From contig CAVXPD010000011.1 in assembly GCA_963763575.1 (NCBI GenBank), forward strand, positions 25,479-89,478: a stretch of DNA of 64,000 bases. Reading direction: 5' to 3'. The DNA is from an uncultured Acidimicrobiaceae bacterium. Its GTDB lineage: Bacteria; Actinomycetota; Acidimicrobiia; Acidimicrobiales; RAAP-2. The number at the start of each line of letters is the position of its first letter. Positions within the stretch are counted from its first letter, which is position 1. The position numbers and the translations under genes are program-made. Positions 27,953-37,043 of this stretch are shown here, piece after piece. The notes under the pieces were generated by a model that saw nothing but the letters and a program-made list of their open reading frames with translations, did no database searches and was not told where the DNA came from.

Positions 27953-28489
27953 ATGTCCGTGACCGCCGCACCCCGCAAGCCAGCCCGGGCCGCCTCCGAG
28001 AGCGGCCATGAGCAGCCGGTCGACGAAGCTGCCGGGTCCGTCGAGGCCGAGGCGGGGATCCGCATCAGCGACGCCGCGACCCGAGCGGGGGTATCGGCCC
28101 GCACGCTGCGCTACTACGAGGAGTTGGGCCTGCTTGCGCCCTCGCTCTATACGCCTGGGGGCGAGCGGCGCTACACGCTCGAGGACCTGGCCCAGTTGGA
28201 GCGGATCTTGGAGCTGCGCGAGGTGCTGGGCATGAACCTCGACGAGATCCGCGAGTTCCTGGCCCTCGAGACCAGGCTCGACGAGTTGCGGGCCGCCTAC
28301 CGGGCCACCAGTGGCGCCACGAGCAAGAAGGCGCGCGCGGCGCAGAAAGCGACCTTGCGGGAGGCGCTGGAACTCAACGAATCCCTGGCCAAGCAGCTCG
28401 CCGACAAGCTCGCCCGCATGGACGCGTTCCGGTCCAAGCTGGAGAGCGACGCCGAGCGTTGCCGCGAGCTGTTGGCCGAGTCCGACTGA
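27953..28489 (+). CDS. MerR-family transcriptional regulator
   Basis: IRISDAATRAGVSARTLRYYEELGLLAPS...GERRYTLEDLAQLERIL, followed by a coiled-coil tail. Confidence 0.9.
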   Translation: MSVTAAPRKPARAASESGHEQPVDEAAGSVEAEAGIRISDAATRAGVSARTLRYYEELGLLAPSLYTPGGERRYTLEDLAQLERILELREVLGMNLDEIREFLALETRLDELRAAYRATSGATSKKARAAQKATLREALELNESLAKQLADKLARMDAFRSKLESDAERCRELLAESD

Positions 28490-28543
28490 ACCTCTGGCGG
28501 GTTCGCTGGAGTCACCGTCACCGTCGGCGCCTACGCTCGGCGC

Positions 28544-28904
28544 CGTGGCCTACGACGAGGACCTGGCCGAGCGGCTCCGCGCCCTGCTGGCGACGGAGCG
28601 GGGACTGAGCGAGAAGAGGATGTTCGGCGGGCTGGCGTTCCTGATCGGTGGCAACATGGCCCTCGCGGCCAGCCGCGAGGGCGGGATCCTTGTCCGGGTC
28701 GGTCCCGCGCAGTCCGGCAAGCTGGTCGCCACGACCAAGGCGTCGGTCGCAGTGATGCGCGGGCGGGCGATGCCCGGGTGGCTGCGGGTAGCGGGCGAGG
28801 ACGTGCGGACGAAGCGGCAACTCGCCAAATGGGTCACACTCGCGACGACGTTCGCTCGCTCACTGCCGGCGAAGGGTCCGAGGAAGCGGTCGGCGAAGCG
28901 CTGA
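28544..28904 (+). CDS. TfoX/Sxy N-terminal-domain family protein
   Basis: ...DLAERLRALL...EKRMFGGLAFLIGGNMALA......VRV... is recalled as the TfoX_N pattern. GTG start inside the longer track ORF 28311..28904. Confidence 0.6.
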
Positions 28905-28985
28905 GCGAAGCGCTGACACCCGCTCAGGGTGCGCCCGGTGTCGATGCCGGGAACAGCACCGACGTTCGGTCCTACCATGCTCTGA

Positions 28986-29258
28986 GTGAGACGCCGTTGG
29001 TTCTCCCCGCGCGCCGTGCTCTTGCACTTCGAGGTCCTGATCGTGGTGGCCGCCTGCGCGGCGGCGACGTGGTGGCAGGCCGGGCGCGCGCTCGGTGGCA
29101 ACAGTCTCAGCTGGTTCTACACCTTCGAGTGGCCGGTCTTCGCCGGGATCGCCCTCGCGGCGTGGTGGCACCTTATCCACGAGGACCCTGAGGCTCGGGC
29201 AGAGCGGCTACGCAAGCGCGAGGAGGTCGACCAGTCCAATCGCCAGGCGGAATGGTGA
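28986..29258 (+). CDS. Small two-TM membrane protein (hypothetical)
   Basis: Two hydrophobic, Trp-rich segments (VLLHFEVLIVVAACAAATWW; FEWPVFAGIALAAWWHLI) and a charged tail. Leads the TlpA-SCO operon. Confidence 0.5.
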   Translation: MRRRWFSPRAVLLHFEVLIVVAACAAATWWQAGRALGGNSLSWFYTFEWPVFAGIALAAWWHLIHEDPEARAERLRKREEVDQSNRQAEW

Positions 29259-29306
29259 CGGCAAGAGTGCAGGTACGACACGCCGGACAGGATCGCCCTG
29301 GCTAGC

Positions 29307-29966
29307 GTGAGCAGTGTGGATCCCGGGGGATCGATGCAGACGGACGAGTTGCGCCGGGCCGCGCCGCGCCCGGCCCGGCGCGGGTGGAGATCCAAGGACC
29401 GGGTGTTCATCTGGGTGGCCGCCGTAGCGGGCGTCGGCCTCGTCGGTTTCGTCGTGTTCGTGATAGTCCGGGGGCCTTCGCAGCCCGCGGGGCCGGGGAC
29501 CGCAGCGCTTGAGGCGCCGCCGCCGGCCACGCTCAAGCCTGGCACGACCGCCCCGGCGTTCTCCTTACCGGCCCTCGGCGGCGGCGATCCGGTGTCACTG
29601 TCCGCCTTCCGCGGCACGCCGGTCATCGTCAACTTCTTCGCGTCATGGTGTCGTGACTGCCAGGCCGAGCTCGGCGCGGTAGCGACGGTGGCTCGGCGGA
29701 GCGCCGGTCACGTCGCCGTGGTCGGCGTCGACTCGAACGAGAGCTCAGACGCGGCGGCCACGCGACTGCTCGCAGCTGCCCACGCGACCTACCCGGTGGC
29801 GCTCGACAACAGCGCCAGGGTGGCGACGCGGTACCTCATCAACGCGCTCCCGGTGAGCTACTTCCTGAACGCGGACGGCCAGGTTGTCGGCGCCGCGCTC
29901 GGCCCCCAGACCGTCACCTCGCTCGATCGGTGGGTGGCGCGCCTCGAGAAGAGGGCGAGCCGGTGA
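29307..29966 (+). CDS. TlpA/ResA-family thiol-disulfide oxidoreductase (membrane anchored)
   Basis: TM anchor plus the thioredoxin fold ...PAFSLPALGG..VSLSAFRGTPVIVNFFASWCRDCQAE... (CxxC). Confidence 0.85.
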   Translation: MSSVDPGGSMQTDELRRAAPRPARRGWRSKDRVFIWVAAVAGVGLVGFVVFVIVRGPSQPAGPGTAALEAPPPATLKPGTTAPAFSLPALGGGDPVSLSAFRGTPVIVNFFASWCRDCQAELGAVATVARRSAGHVAVVGVDSNESSDAAATRLLAAAHATYPVALDNSARVATRYLINALPVSYFLNADGQVVGAALGPQTVTSLDRWVARLEKRASR

Positions 29967-30865
29967 GCGGACCCGTCGACTCGGCGGGTGGCGCGCCCGT
30001 CGAACCCCCGGGAAGCGGACCCGCAACGGACGCGACCCCCGACGGCCCTGGGATCGACCGTGCGGCTGCGCTGGCGGAGGGTGCGCCCGGCGTCCCCTCG
30101 CGCTTCATCTGGTGGGTGCTCGGGGCGGTCCTCCTGGTGAGCCTGGGCGGTCTCGTCGGCGAGCGTGTGCTCTCGGCCGTCGGACTCAACGCCTCGTCCT
30201 CGTCGGTAACTACGACTACGGCGCCGAACCCGGTGCACACGTCGCCGGCGGATACGCCCGCACCACCCAGCCCCGACCGCACCCTCGATGCGCCGCTCGC
30301 GTCGTTCATGGGCATGAGCACACCGACCCCACGGCTCGCTACCCCATTCACCCTCACCGACCAGCGCGGTCAGCCGGTGTCGGTGCCATCGCAACCCCGG
30401 CGCGTCGTGGTGCTCACGTTCTTCAACGCGCCGTGCAACGACATTTGCCCCGTTTTGGCCTCGGAGATCGCGCAGGCCGATGCCGACCTCGGGAAGCAGG
30501 AGGCCGACGTCGAGTTCGTCACGGTCAACACCGACCCGGCTGCGCTCGCTTCGTCCGCGGATGCGCCCGCAGTGAGCGGGACCGCGCTCGGCACACTGTC
30601 GAATTGGCATATGGTCACGGGGCCGCTCGCCTCCCTCAACCGGTTGTGGAAGGCCTACGGCGTCTCGATCTCGCTCGACCCCAAAACGGCCGTGGTGGTG
30701 CACAACGACGTCATGGACTTCGTGGACCCGCGGGGGTCTGTGCGCTACCGCACCACGCCGTTCGCCAACGAGAGCTCTAAAGGGACGTTCACACTCGCAG
30801 CGTCGAGCGAAGCGCGTTGGGCTCAGGGCATCGCCACCTACGCCGGAAGGCTCGTCGGGCCGTGA
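29963..30865 (+). CDS. SCO1/SenC-family copper chaperone
   Basis: ...FTLTDQRGQPVSV...RVVVLTFFNAPCNDICPV... (CxxxC) and a downstream ...VVVHNDVMDFVDP... His. GTGA overlap with the tlpA-like stop. Confidence 0.85.
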   Translation: MSGPVDSAGGAPVEPPGSGPATDATPDGPGIDRAAALAEGAPGVPSRFIWWVLGAVLLVSLGGLVGERVLSAVGLNASSSSVTTTTAPNPVHTSPADTPAPPSPDRTLDAPLASFMGMSTPTPRLATPFTLTDQRGQPVSVPSQPRRVVVLTFFNAPCNDICPVLASEIAQADADLGKQEADVEFVTVNTDPAALASSADAPAVSGTALGTLSNWHMVTGPLASLNRLWKAYGVSISLDPKTAVVVHNDVMDFVDPRGSVRYRTTPFANESSKGTFTLAASSEARWAQGIATYAGRLVGP

Positions 30866-31524
30866 CCCCGACGGCCGCCGCCGCCCCCGACGTCAAGAAG
30901 AAGCCGATCTGGCAACGCCACCGGGGAGCCGCCATCGCCGTGGCGGTGGCGGTGATCGCCCTGATCACGGTGCTCACCGACCTGCCGACCGCGACGACGC
31001 GGGCAAGCGACATCAGCGAAGAGCAAAGCGTGATGAGCGAGATGAACTCCGACCTGCACCCCTGTGCCTATGCGGTCAACCAGGCTCTCGGCATTTGGGC
31101 GCTGCAGGTGAAACACCAGCTCAGCCAGGCCGAACGCGCCCCGACGCCGGGCATCTTGAGCGACGACCAGTCGGCGTGCTCGTTCACCAACGAGGGCATC
31201 TACGACCTGACTAGCAATCTCCAGGTGCCCAGCACCGCCGCCGGCAAGCAGCTGGGCGACCTCGTGTATACCGCCACGCTGTGGGTTACGTCGGACGCGC
31301 TACAGGCGATCGAGGACGTGCAAAGGCTGTTGAACGACCCGCACAACGCCGCAGTGGCGCGCAACCTCTCGAAGGAGGAGGGCCTGTTGGCGTCGGACCG
31401 ACGCGCAGGCCTGGCCGAGGAGAACGCCGCCGACCACGACCTCGACACCCGGCTGCAGCCCGTTGACCTGCCCTCGGTGAGCTCGCTGACGGCGACCTCG
31501 TCGGAGGCTTCGTCCGCCGGCTGA
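30862..31524 (+). CDS. Membrane-anchored hypothetical protein
   Basis: Single TM (AAIAVAVAVIALITVL), then a helical-looking extracytoplasmic domain with two Cys. GTGA overlap with the SCO gene stop. Confidence 0.5.
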   Translation: MTPTAAAAPDVKKKPIWQRHRGAAIAVAVAVIALITVLTDLPTATTRASDISEEQSVMSEMNSDLHPCAYAVNQALGIWALQVKHQLSQAERAPTPGILSDDQSACSFTNEGIYDLTSNLQVPSTAAGKQLGDLVYTATLWVTSDALQAIEDVQRLLNDPHNAAVARNLSKEEGLLASDRRAGLAEENAADHDLDTRLQPVDLPSVSSLTATSSEASSAG

Positions 31525-31526
31525 GC

Positions 31527-32342
31527 TCAGGGCGCCGGCGAGGCGCCTCCCCGTCTGGGATTGAACGGGGCTGTCCCCCGGCGGCGCTCGGCACGGGCCA
31601 ACGTCTGGAGCTCCGTGTCCGGGTCCTCCTCGGATTGCAGCCAGGTGAGTGCGTTCCAGAAGATGACTGGCACGAACGTGCCCGCAGCGACCGCCCAGAG
31701 GACCCCGGCCGCGATCTGCTGGTCGGCCGCGGCGCTCAGGCCCCCGGCCAGGTGCGAGAAGTTGTGGTAGAAGCCGCGGTTCGACAACCCGGTGACGTAG
31801 GCGAGGATCCAGAAGGCCCACATGCAGAAGGCGCCGAGCACCGCCCGGCGGAGGTGCCCCGAACGCGGTGCGAGCGGGGGGGACGGCAGCAGCTCCAGCC
31901 ACAACCCGAGCCCGAAGACGATCAGGACGGCCGCTTCGACGATGGCCAACCAGCCGTGGGCGGACACGGTGCTCACTGCGCCAGGGGTGTGCCATGCGAT
32001 CGCCACGCCGACGTCGCAGGCGATGTAGGCGAGGGACCACGGCAGCTCCCGGTGGCGCCGCCGGCGATCGGCCAACCGGTCGGCCGGGCGGGGCCGCTCG
32101 CCGGGCGTCCCGTCGCCCGCCAGCCCGAGTAGGCGCCAGGGGGCGCCGAGGGTGACGAGCGCCGGCACGGCGATCGCGAGGAGCGAGAACTGCAATGCGG
32201 CCGCGTACTCGGCGCGGCGCGCCAGCGTGGCGAGCGGGGGGACTAGGACGAGGACGGCGAGAAGAGCGGCCACCAGGAGGCATCCGGTCCGCCAGGCCGG
32301 AGGACGCGGATGGGGCCGCCGCTCGGCAGCCCCGGTGCTCAT
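31527..32342 (-). CDS. Cytochrome c oxidase assembly factor CtaG-like (Caa3_CtaG family membrane protein), paralog 1
   Basis: Polytopic. ...AAALQFSLLAIAVPALVTLGAPW... and ...LSAAADQQIAAGVLWAVAAGTFVPVIFW... resemble the second copy at 37131..38048. Start MSTGAA shares ATGA with the stop of the small upstream ORF. Maximal ORF reaches 32414. Confidence 0.65.
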   Translation of the reverse strand: MSTGAAERRPHPRPPAWRTGCLLVAALLAVLVLVPPLATLARRAEYAAALQFSLLAIAVPALVTLGAPWRLLGLAGDGTPGERPRPADRLADRRRRHRELPWSLAYIACDVGVAIAWHTPGAVSTVSAHGWLAIVEAAVLIVFGLGLWLELLPSPPLAPRSGHLRRAVLGAFCMWAFWILAYVTGLSNRGFYHNFSHLAGGLSAAADQQIAAGVLWAVAAGTFVPVIFWNALTWLQSEEDPDTELQTLARAERRRGTAPFNPRRGGASPAP

Positions 32343-32482
32343 CTCGTCGAGCTGGAGCTCGTCGACCTGGAGCGGCGCCTTGTGGGCCGGCGTACGAAGA
32401 ATCCCCAGAGGCAAACTACCGCCAGGGTCCCGACAGGGATGGCGAAGGTCAGAGCCTGGGTGCCGGCAAGGTCAGCGATCAT
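32339..32482 (-). CDS. Unlisted 47-aa single-TM ORF (candidate small oxidase subunit)
   Basis: Hand translation: MIADLAGTQALTFAIPVGTLAVVCLWGFFVRRPTRRRSRSTSSSSTR. AAGGGGAGGG lies about 8 nt upstream of the ATG. Its stop overlaps the ctaG-like ATG (ATGA). Confidence 0.45.
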   Translation of the reverse strand: MIADLAGTQALTFAIPVGTLAVVCLWGFFVRRPTRRRSRSTSSSSTR

Positions 32483-32515
32483 GACGGACACCCTCCCCTT
32501 GGCTCAGATGACGAC

Positions 32516-33208
32516 TCAGATGACATAGAAGAGTACCCAGAAGAACGTCGCCAGCAGGCCGGTGAAGCCCCAGAAGTAGGAGCAGCCGTTCAGGTTGACG
32601 CGAAACAGCCGGGCCACGGGCAAGGTCGAGTTCGGAGCGCCGCCGTCCTGTGTCATGGCTCGGCGCAAGCGGAGCTCGCGGGCGAGGATCGTCTCGATCC
32701 AGTAGGTCCCGCTGACCAGGAGCACGACGTTCATCACCCCCCACGCGATGAAGCACGAGGCATAACCGCTCGAGGCCGGGAAGAAGGGCAGCTGCGTGAG
32801 TTGGTAGATCTGGAGCCCGATGGCGAGGAGGCCGCCGGCGACCGCTGTCCACCCGGCCACCTGCCAATCGAGCGTCTCGTTGATGCGGAAACGTCGCTCT
32901 CCGAACTGGACGATCAGGGCGCAGGCCACCGTCACGGCGAAGATGGCGGCACCGAGACCAGTGGGCGCGGTGATCCCTCCCGGCCGCCACAGGTCCTCGT
33001 TGTTTGCCGAGCGGAGGTAGAAGTAGGCGAACGCCAACGCAGCGAAGCCGAAGGCGAAGATGCCGATGAGCAGCCGGCTGCCGGTCCAGAGGGCGCCCTC
33101 CTGGGCGCGCAGTTCGAACGCGATCTCCTCTGGTGTCTCCCTGAGTTCGCCGAAGCTCTCGAACTGCTGGTTGTCGACCGGTTGGTGTGCCATGGCCCCC
33201 TCGCTCAC
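32516..33208 (-). CDS. ctaE: Cytochrome c oxidase subunit III-like protein
   Basis: Helical membrane protein ...LWTGSRLLIGIFAFGFAALAFAYFYLRS...FFPASSGYASCFIAWGVMNVVLL..., placed directly after ctaD with a GTGA overlap. Confidence 0.7.
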   Translation of the reverse strand: MSEGAMAHQPVDNQQFESFGELRETPEEIAFELRAQEGALWTGSRLLIGIFAFGFAALAFAYFYLRSANNEDLWRPGGITAPTGLGAAIFAVTVACALIVQFGERRFRINETLDWQVAGWTAVAGGLLAIGLQIYQLTQLPFFPASSGYASCFIAWGVMNVVLLVSGTYWIETILARELRLRRAMTQDGGAPNSTLPVARLFRVNLNGCSYFWGFTGLLATFFWVLFYVI

Positions 33209-35241
33209 GCCATGGGCGGGCGCGGATCGTCGCCGCGTTCCAGGCCCCTGCGTTCGTCCGACCCCAGCGGTTCGCCCGCTTCAATCGATTCGCCCGGCAC
33301 CCCCACCGTCGCCATGACCTTTCCCAGGTCCGCCACCGGCGGCGCGTCCGGCTCCCCATAGTGGTAGGGGTCGTTCAGGATGACGGGGATGTGCTCGAAG
33401 TTGTACCAGGGAACCGGCGTGGGCGTCTGCCACTCCAGGCCCAGCGAGTTCCACGGGTTCTGGGGCGCCGGGTGCGGGTTCAGGTAGATCGACCAGATGA
33501 AGTTCACGATGAACAACAGGAACGAGGCGCCGAGGAAGTAGGCGCTGAAGCTGGCGATGTCGTTCAGCGTCTGCAGGTTGGTGGCGTACTCGAAGACGCG
33601 CCGGGGCTGGCCCAGGAGCCCGATCAAGAACATCGGGAAGAACGTGAGGTTGAAGAAGATGAAGAAGGTCCAGAAGTGCCACTTGCTCAGCTTGCGGTTC
33701 ATCGTCTTCCCCGTGATCTTGGGGAACCAGTAGTAGAACCCGCCGAACAAGGCGAAGATCAGGCCACCCAGGATCGTGTAGTGGAAGTGGGACAACACGA
33801 AGAAGCTTCCGTGCACCGTCACGTTGACGGGGACGTCGGACAGGAACACGCCCGTCACGCCGCCGATCAAGAAGTTGAACAACATGCCGAGACAGAACAG
33901 CATCGGCGTGTCGAATCTGATTTTCGCCTTCCAGAGCGTGCCGAGGGTGACGAGAAACAAGAAGCCGGTCGGGATGGAGATGAGTTCCGTCGTCAGCATG
34001 AACAGCGGCCGCATGTCGGGGTTGATGCCGCTCTGGAACAGGTGGTGCTGCCAGACGAAGAATGACAGCAGCGTGACCCCCAATATCCCCGCCGCCGCGA
34101 CCCGGTAGGCGAAGAGCGGTTTGCGGGTGAAAACCGGGATGATCTCCATCACGATGCCGAACCCCGGCAGGGCCATGATGTAGACCTCCGGGTGGCCGAA
34201 GAACCAGAAGAGGTTCTGCCACAGGAAGCTGCTGCCTCCGTGCTCGTTCACGAAGAACGCGGTCTCCGCGGTGCGGTCGAGGATCCCGGCGAGGCAGGCC
34301 ACCACGAGGGTCGGTGTGGCCAGCGTGAGCAACGCGGTGGTGGCCAGGATGCCCCAGACGAAGATCGGCACCCGGCCCCAGGTCATGCCGGGCGCGCGGT
34401 AATTGATGATCGTGGCGGCGAGGTTGAAGCCCGCCAGGATCATCCCGATGCCGATCACGCCGAAGCCGACGAGATAGGAATCCATGCCGCCCCCCGCCTG
34501 GGTCTGCAGCGGGGCGTAGCCCGTCCACCCCGTCGGGAACCCGCCGAAGAACAGCGCGCTGACGATCACCAGATAGCCAGCGCTGAAGATCCAGAAGGAG
34601 AAGGACTCGACCCGTGGGTAGGCCATGCGCCGCGAGCCGATCATGAGCGGGACGAGCCAATTGCCGAGCGGCCCCACCACCGCGGAGGAGGCCATCATCA
34701 TCATGATCGTGCCGTGCTCGCTCACGATGGCGATGTAGACCCCCGGCCCGAACACGTGGCTGGTCGGGCTCAGCAGCTCGGTGCGGATGAGCATGGCGAG
34801 CAGCCCACCGGTGAAGAGGAACAGGAGCACGCCGACGGCGTACTGGTAGCCCACCACCTTGTGGTCGTCGGTCATCCGGAAGTAGCGCACCCAGGTCCGC
34901 TCGGGCGGCGGCGGCATGGGCTCGTGCCCCACGATCTTCGCCAGCGGATAGGTGAGCCCGCCGATGCCGGCCATCCACCCGACCACCCCGAAGACCAGTC
35001 CCAGCACTATCGCCACGTCGTTCGACCCTGACGCGCCCGCTGTCTGTTGGTAGCCGCTGGCGATGACGTTGCCGAGCCAGTGGCCGAAGAAGTAGCCGCC
35101 GACGGCCCCGCCCATCGCCCACAGGATGTGGGGACGCAACCAGGGCGAGCGGCGCCATGACGGCGGTGAGGGCGGTCGATCGCCGACGTCCTCTTCCCCG
35201 GGGTACTCGAACTCTTCGGCCTGGGTGGTGTCAATCGCCAT
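33205..35241 (-). CDS. ctaD: Cytochrome c oxidase subunit I (aa3-type heme-copper oxidase), with N-terminal extension
   Basis: ...TDDHKVVGYQY..., ...WFFGHPEVYIMALPGFGIVMEIIPVF..., ...FFVWQHHLF..., ...GGVTGVFLS...VHGSFFVLSHFHYT... Confidence 0.95.
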   Translation of the reverse strand: MAIDTTQAEEFEYPGEEDVGDRPPSPPSWRRSPWLRPHILWAMGGAVGGYFFGHWLGNVIASGYQQTAGASGSNDVAIVLGLVFGVVGWMAGIGGLTYPLAKIVGHEPMPPPPERTWVRYFRMTDDHKVVGYQYAVGVLLFLFTGGLLAMLIRTELLSPTSHVFGPGVYIAIVSEHGTIMMMMASSAVVGPLGNWLVPLMIGSRRMAYPRVESFSFWIFSAGYLVIVSALFFGGFPTGWTGYAPLQTQAGGGMDSYLVGFGVIGIGMILAGFNLAATIINYRAPGMTWGRVPIFVWGILATTALLTLATPTLVVACLAGILDRTAETAFFVNEHGGSSFLWQNLFWFFGHPEVYIMALPGFGIVMEIIPVFTRKPLFAYRVAAAGILGVTLLSFFVWQHHLFQSGINPDMRPLFMLTTELISIPTGFLFLVTLGTLWKAKIRFDTPMLFCLGMLFNFLIGGVTGVFLSDVPVNVTVHGSFFVLSHFHYTILGGLIFALFGGFYYWFPKITGKTMNRKLSKWHFWTFFIFFNLTFFPMFLIGLLGQPRRVFEYATNLQTLNDIASFSAYFLGASFLLFIVNFIWSIYLNPHPAPQNPWNSLGLEWQTPTPVPWYNFEHIPVILNDPYHYGEPDAPPVADLGKVMATVGVPGESIEAGEPLGSDERRGLERGDDPRPPMA

Positions 35242-35303
35242 GCCTGTGCCCCCTCGTCTCGGGAGGTTGGTCGTCTCGTCGTCCGCAAAGACCGGCGTTC
35301 ACG

Positions 35304-36281
35304 TCAGCCGGCCCCATGGTTCTGTGGAGCGCCGTATTGCTCCATCTTCGAATAGGGGTCGACGTTGTCGGGGTAGTAGCCGCCGTCGGAACCGTTCGCG
35401 TCGGGCGTGTAGGTCAGGCGATACGGCGGCAGCAGAGCGGTGTTGTGGCGCAGCCGGATCGCGGTCAAATGGGCCCAGGCCTCGAACTGCGACTTGGTGA
35501 CGACCACTCCGTTGTTGAACATGGCACCGTGCCAGATGCCACACAACTCGGAGCAGCGGACGATGAACGAGCCGAGCTGCTGGGTCGTCGCGTAGGCGAC
35601 GTTGTTGTAGTCAGGGTTGGCGTCGGCCTTCACGCCGAGCTGGTAGGCCCAGAAGCTGTGGATCACGTCGAGCGACGTCACGTTGAACTGAATGGTGGTG
35701 TCGTTGGGGACGACGAGCTCGTTCGTCTCGAAGCCCCCGAAGGTGGGGTAGCGGTAGGTGAACTTCCACTGCTGCCCGATGACCTGGATCGGCAGGATCG
35801 TCTTGGAGGTGGGCGTCCAGATGGGGCTCGCGCCCTGGCCGCCGCCGGCTCCTCCCGGCTGCACCAGCTCGTAGGTGCCGAAGCCGAACAGGAACATGAC
35901 CAGGACCGTGCTGGCGATGATCCAGCCGACCTGGATGCCGATATGTCCGCGGGCCGCTAGGCCACCGGCGGGCTCGGGCCCGCCCCGCGACGCCCGCCAC
36001 GTGAAGAACGCGTAGAGCATGTAGATCCACACGGCGAAGACGACCGGAATGGCGGCCACCATCAGCACGTTGAAGTCCCACTGCGCGCCCTGGGCGACGT
36101 CGGTCATGGTGCCCGGCGGCATGTGCGGCCCGGCGAGATAGAAGAAGAGCGGGTCGGCGATGGCCGAGAGCACGACCCAGATGGCGATCAACCGCCACCA
36201 ATGGTGCGTCCGATCGGGGGCGGCCGTGGAGTCGGTTGTGGCGGGCGTCGGCGTGGCGCCCGCCGCTTGCGTTTCGGTCAC
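35304..36281 (-). CDS. ctaC: Cytochrome c oxidase subunit II (CuA, no cytochrome c domain)
   Basis: ...VTSLDVIHSFWAYQLGVKADA...VRCSELCGIWHGAM... No CxxCH. GTG start overlaps the upstream stop (GTGA). Maximal ORF reaches 36464. Confidence 0.9.
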   Translation of the reverse strand: MTETQAAGATPTPATTDSTAAPDRTHHWWRLIAIWVVLSAIADPLFFYLAGPHMPPGTMTDVAQGAQWDFNVLMVAAIPVVFAVWIYMLYAFFTWRASRGGPEPAGGLAARGHIGIQVGWIIASTVLVMFLFGFGTYELVQPGGAGGGQGASPIWTPTSKTILPIQVIGQQWKFTYRYPTFGGFETNELVVPNDTTIQFNVTSLDVIHSFWAYQLGVKADANPDYNNVAYATTQQLGSFIVRCSELCGIWHGAMFNNGVVVTKSQFEAWAHLTAIRLRHNTALLPPYRLTYTPDANGSDGGYYPDNVDPYSKMEQYGAPQNHGAG

Positions 36282-36952
36282 GCCGCCACCTTCATGAACC
36301 CGCCCATGTAGCCGAGCGTCGACATCGGGCCACCGTTGCCGAAGAGCCACCCGCTCGCGCAGGGGACGAAGCATTGCCAGCGGTAGTCGCCGGGTCCGGG
36401 AGTGGTGATGGAGAACCTGATGACGTTGACAGGGGACTTCGGGCTGCAGGGCGCCACGGCGCACAGGTTGGCGTTCCCGTTGTTGCCGTAGAGCGGCACG
36501 CTCACGCCGAGGGAGGGGATGGAGAAGGTGTGCCCCACGCCGTTCCCCTTCGGGTTATTCGAATTGATCACACGGAACACCCTGCCGTTGAGGGTGGCGA
36601 CGTTGCCGTAGGTACCCGTGACCTGGCCGAGCTGCTGGTTACGCAGCGGACTGCCCGAGTCGTAGTTGTAGATCGTGAAGTTGATGCGGGTGTGCTGCGG
36701 CACCTGGAACACGGTGGTGTGCACCCACTGCCCTTGCGGCGACTTGACCAGGTAGGAGACCCAGCTGGGATGGTTGCCGTAACCGAGGGACCCGACGGCC
36801 TGCAGCGTGACGTTCACCGGCTCATCCGCCGCCGAGGAGCTGAAGGCGACCACGGGGGGCGTGCCGAGGAGGGCGACGATCAGGATGACGGCCGCGACCG
36901 CACAGATGGCGAACAGGACGATCGTCACGGTCACCTTCCACGCCAAGCTCAT
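36278..36952 (-). CDS. Membrane-anchored CoxII-like cupredoxin-domain protein with a degenerate CuA motif
   Basis: N-terminal TM. GVGHTFSIPSLGVSVPL parallels DVIHSFWAYQLGVKADA of CtaC. WQCFVPCASGW...M..GYM parallels CSELCGIWHGAM but lacks the second His. Confidence 0.6.
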   Translation of the reverse strand: MSLAWKVTVTIVLFAICAVAAVILIVALLGTPPVVAFSSSAADEPVNVTLQAVGSLGYGNHPSWVSYLVKSPQGQWVHTTVFQVPQHTRINFTIYNYDSGSPLRNQQLGQVTGTYGNVATLNGRVFRVINSNNPKGNGVGHTFSIPSLGVSVPLYGNNGNANLCAVAPCSPKSPVNVIRFSITTPGPGDYRWQCFVPCASGWLFGNGGPMSTLGYMGGFMKVAA

Positions 36953-37011
36953 GGACCCTCCCGAAAGCTCCAGAACCCTTCAGCAGAATTTCGAAACCAG
37001 CCCCAACACGG

Positions 37012-37040
37012 ACGTTAAGACTCCGTTACGGCTCCGTCAA
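37012..37040 (-). promoter_or_regulatory. Candidate promoter TTGACG-N17-TAACGT (minus strand) upstream of the cupredoxin-ctaCDE genes
   Basis: Read directly. Sits about 55-85 nt upstream of the start at 36952. Confidence 0.3.
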
Positions 37041-37043
37041 CTA

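Noticed and set aside
26145-27962. 605-aa ORF overlapping the MFS transporter in another frame
   Set aside because: It is Arg/Pro/Gly-rich. The 26089 frame gives 14 clean TM segments and MFS motifs.
33281-35158. 625-aa alternative-frame ORF inside ctaD, plus the plus-strand ORFs 33187..34065 and 34192..35031
   Set aside because: The ctaD frame carries all the heme-copper oxidase signatures. The alternatives are Arg/Pro/His-rich shadows.
35304-36464. Full 386-aa extent of the ctaC ORF, and likewise 9146..10417, 42759..45494, 40765..43596, 57382..59097 and 58878..59819
   Set aside because: The N-terminal extensions overlap upstream genes and translate to Arg-rich sequence. Internal starts with an RBS or 4-nt overlap coupling give proteins of canonical length.
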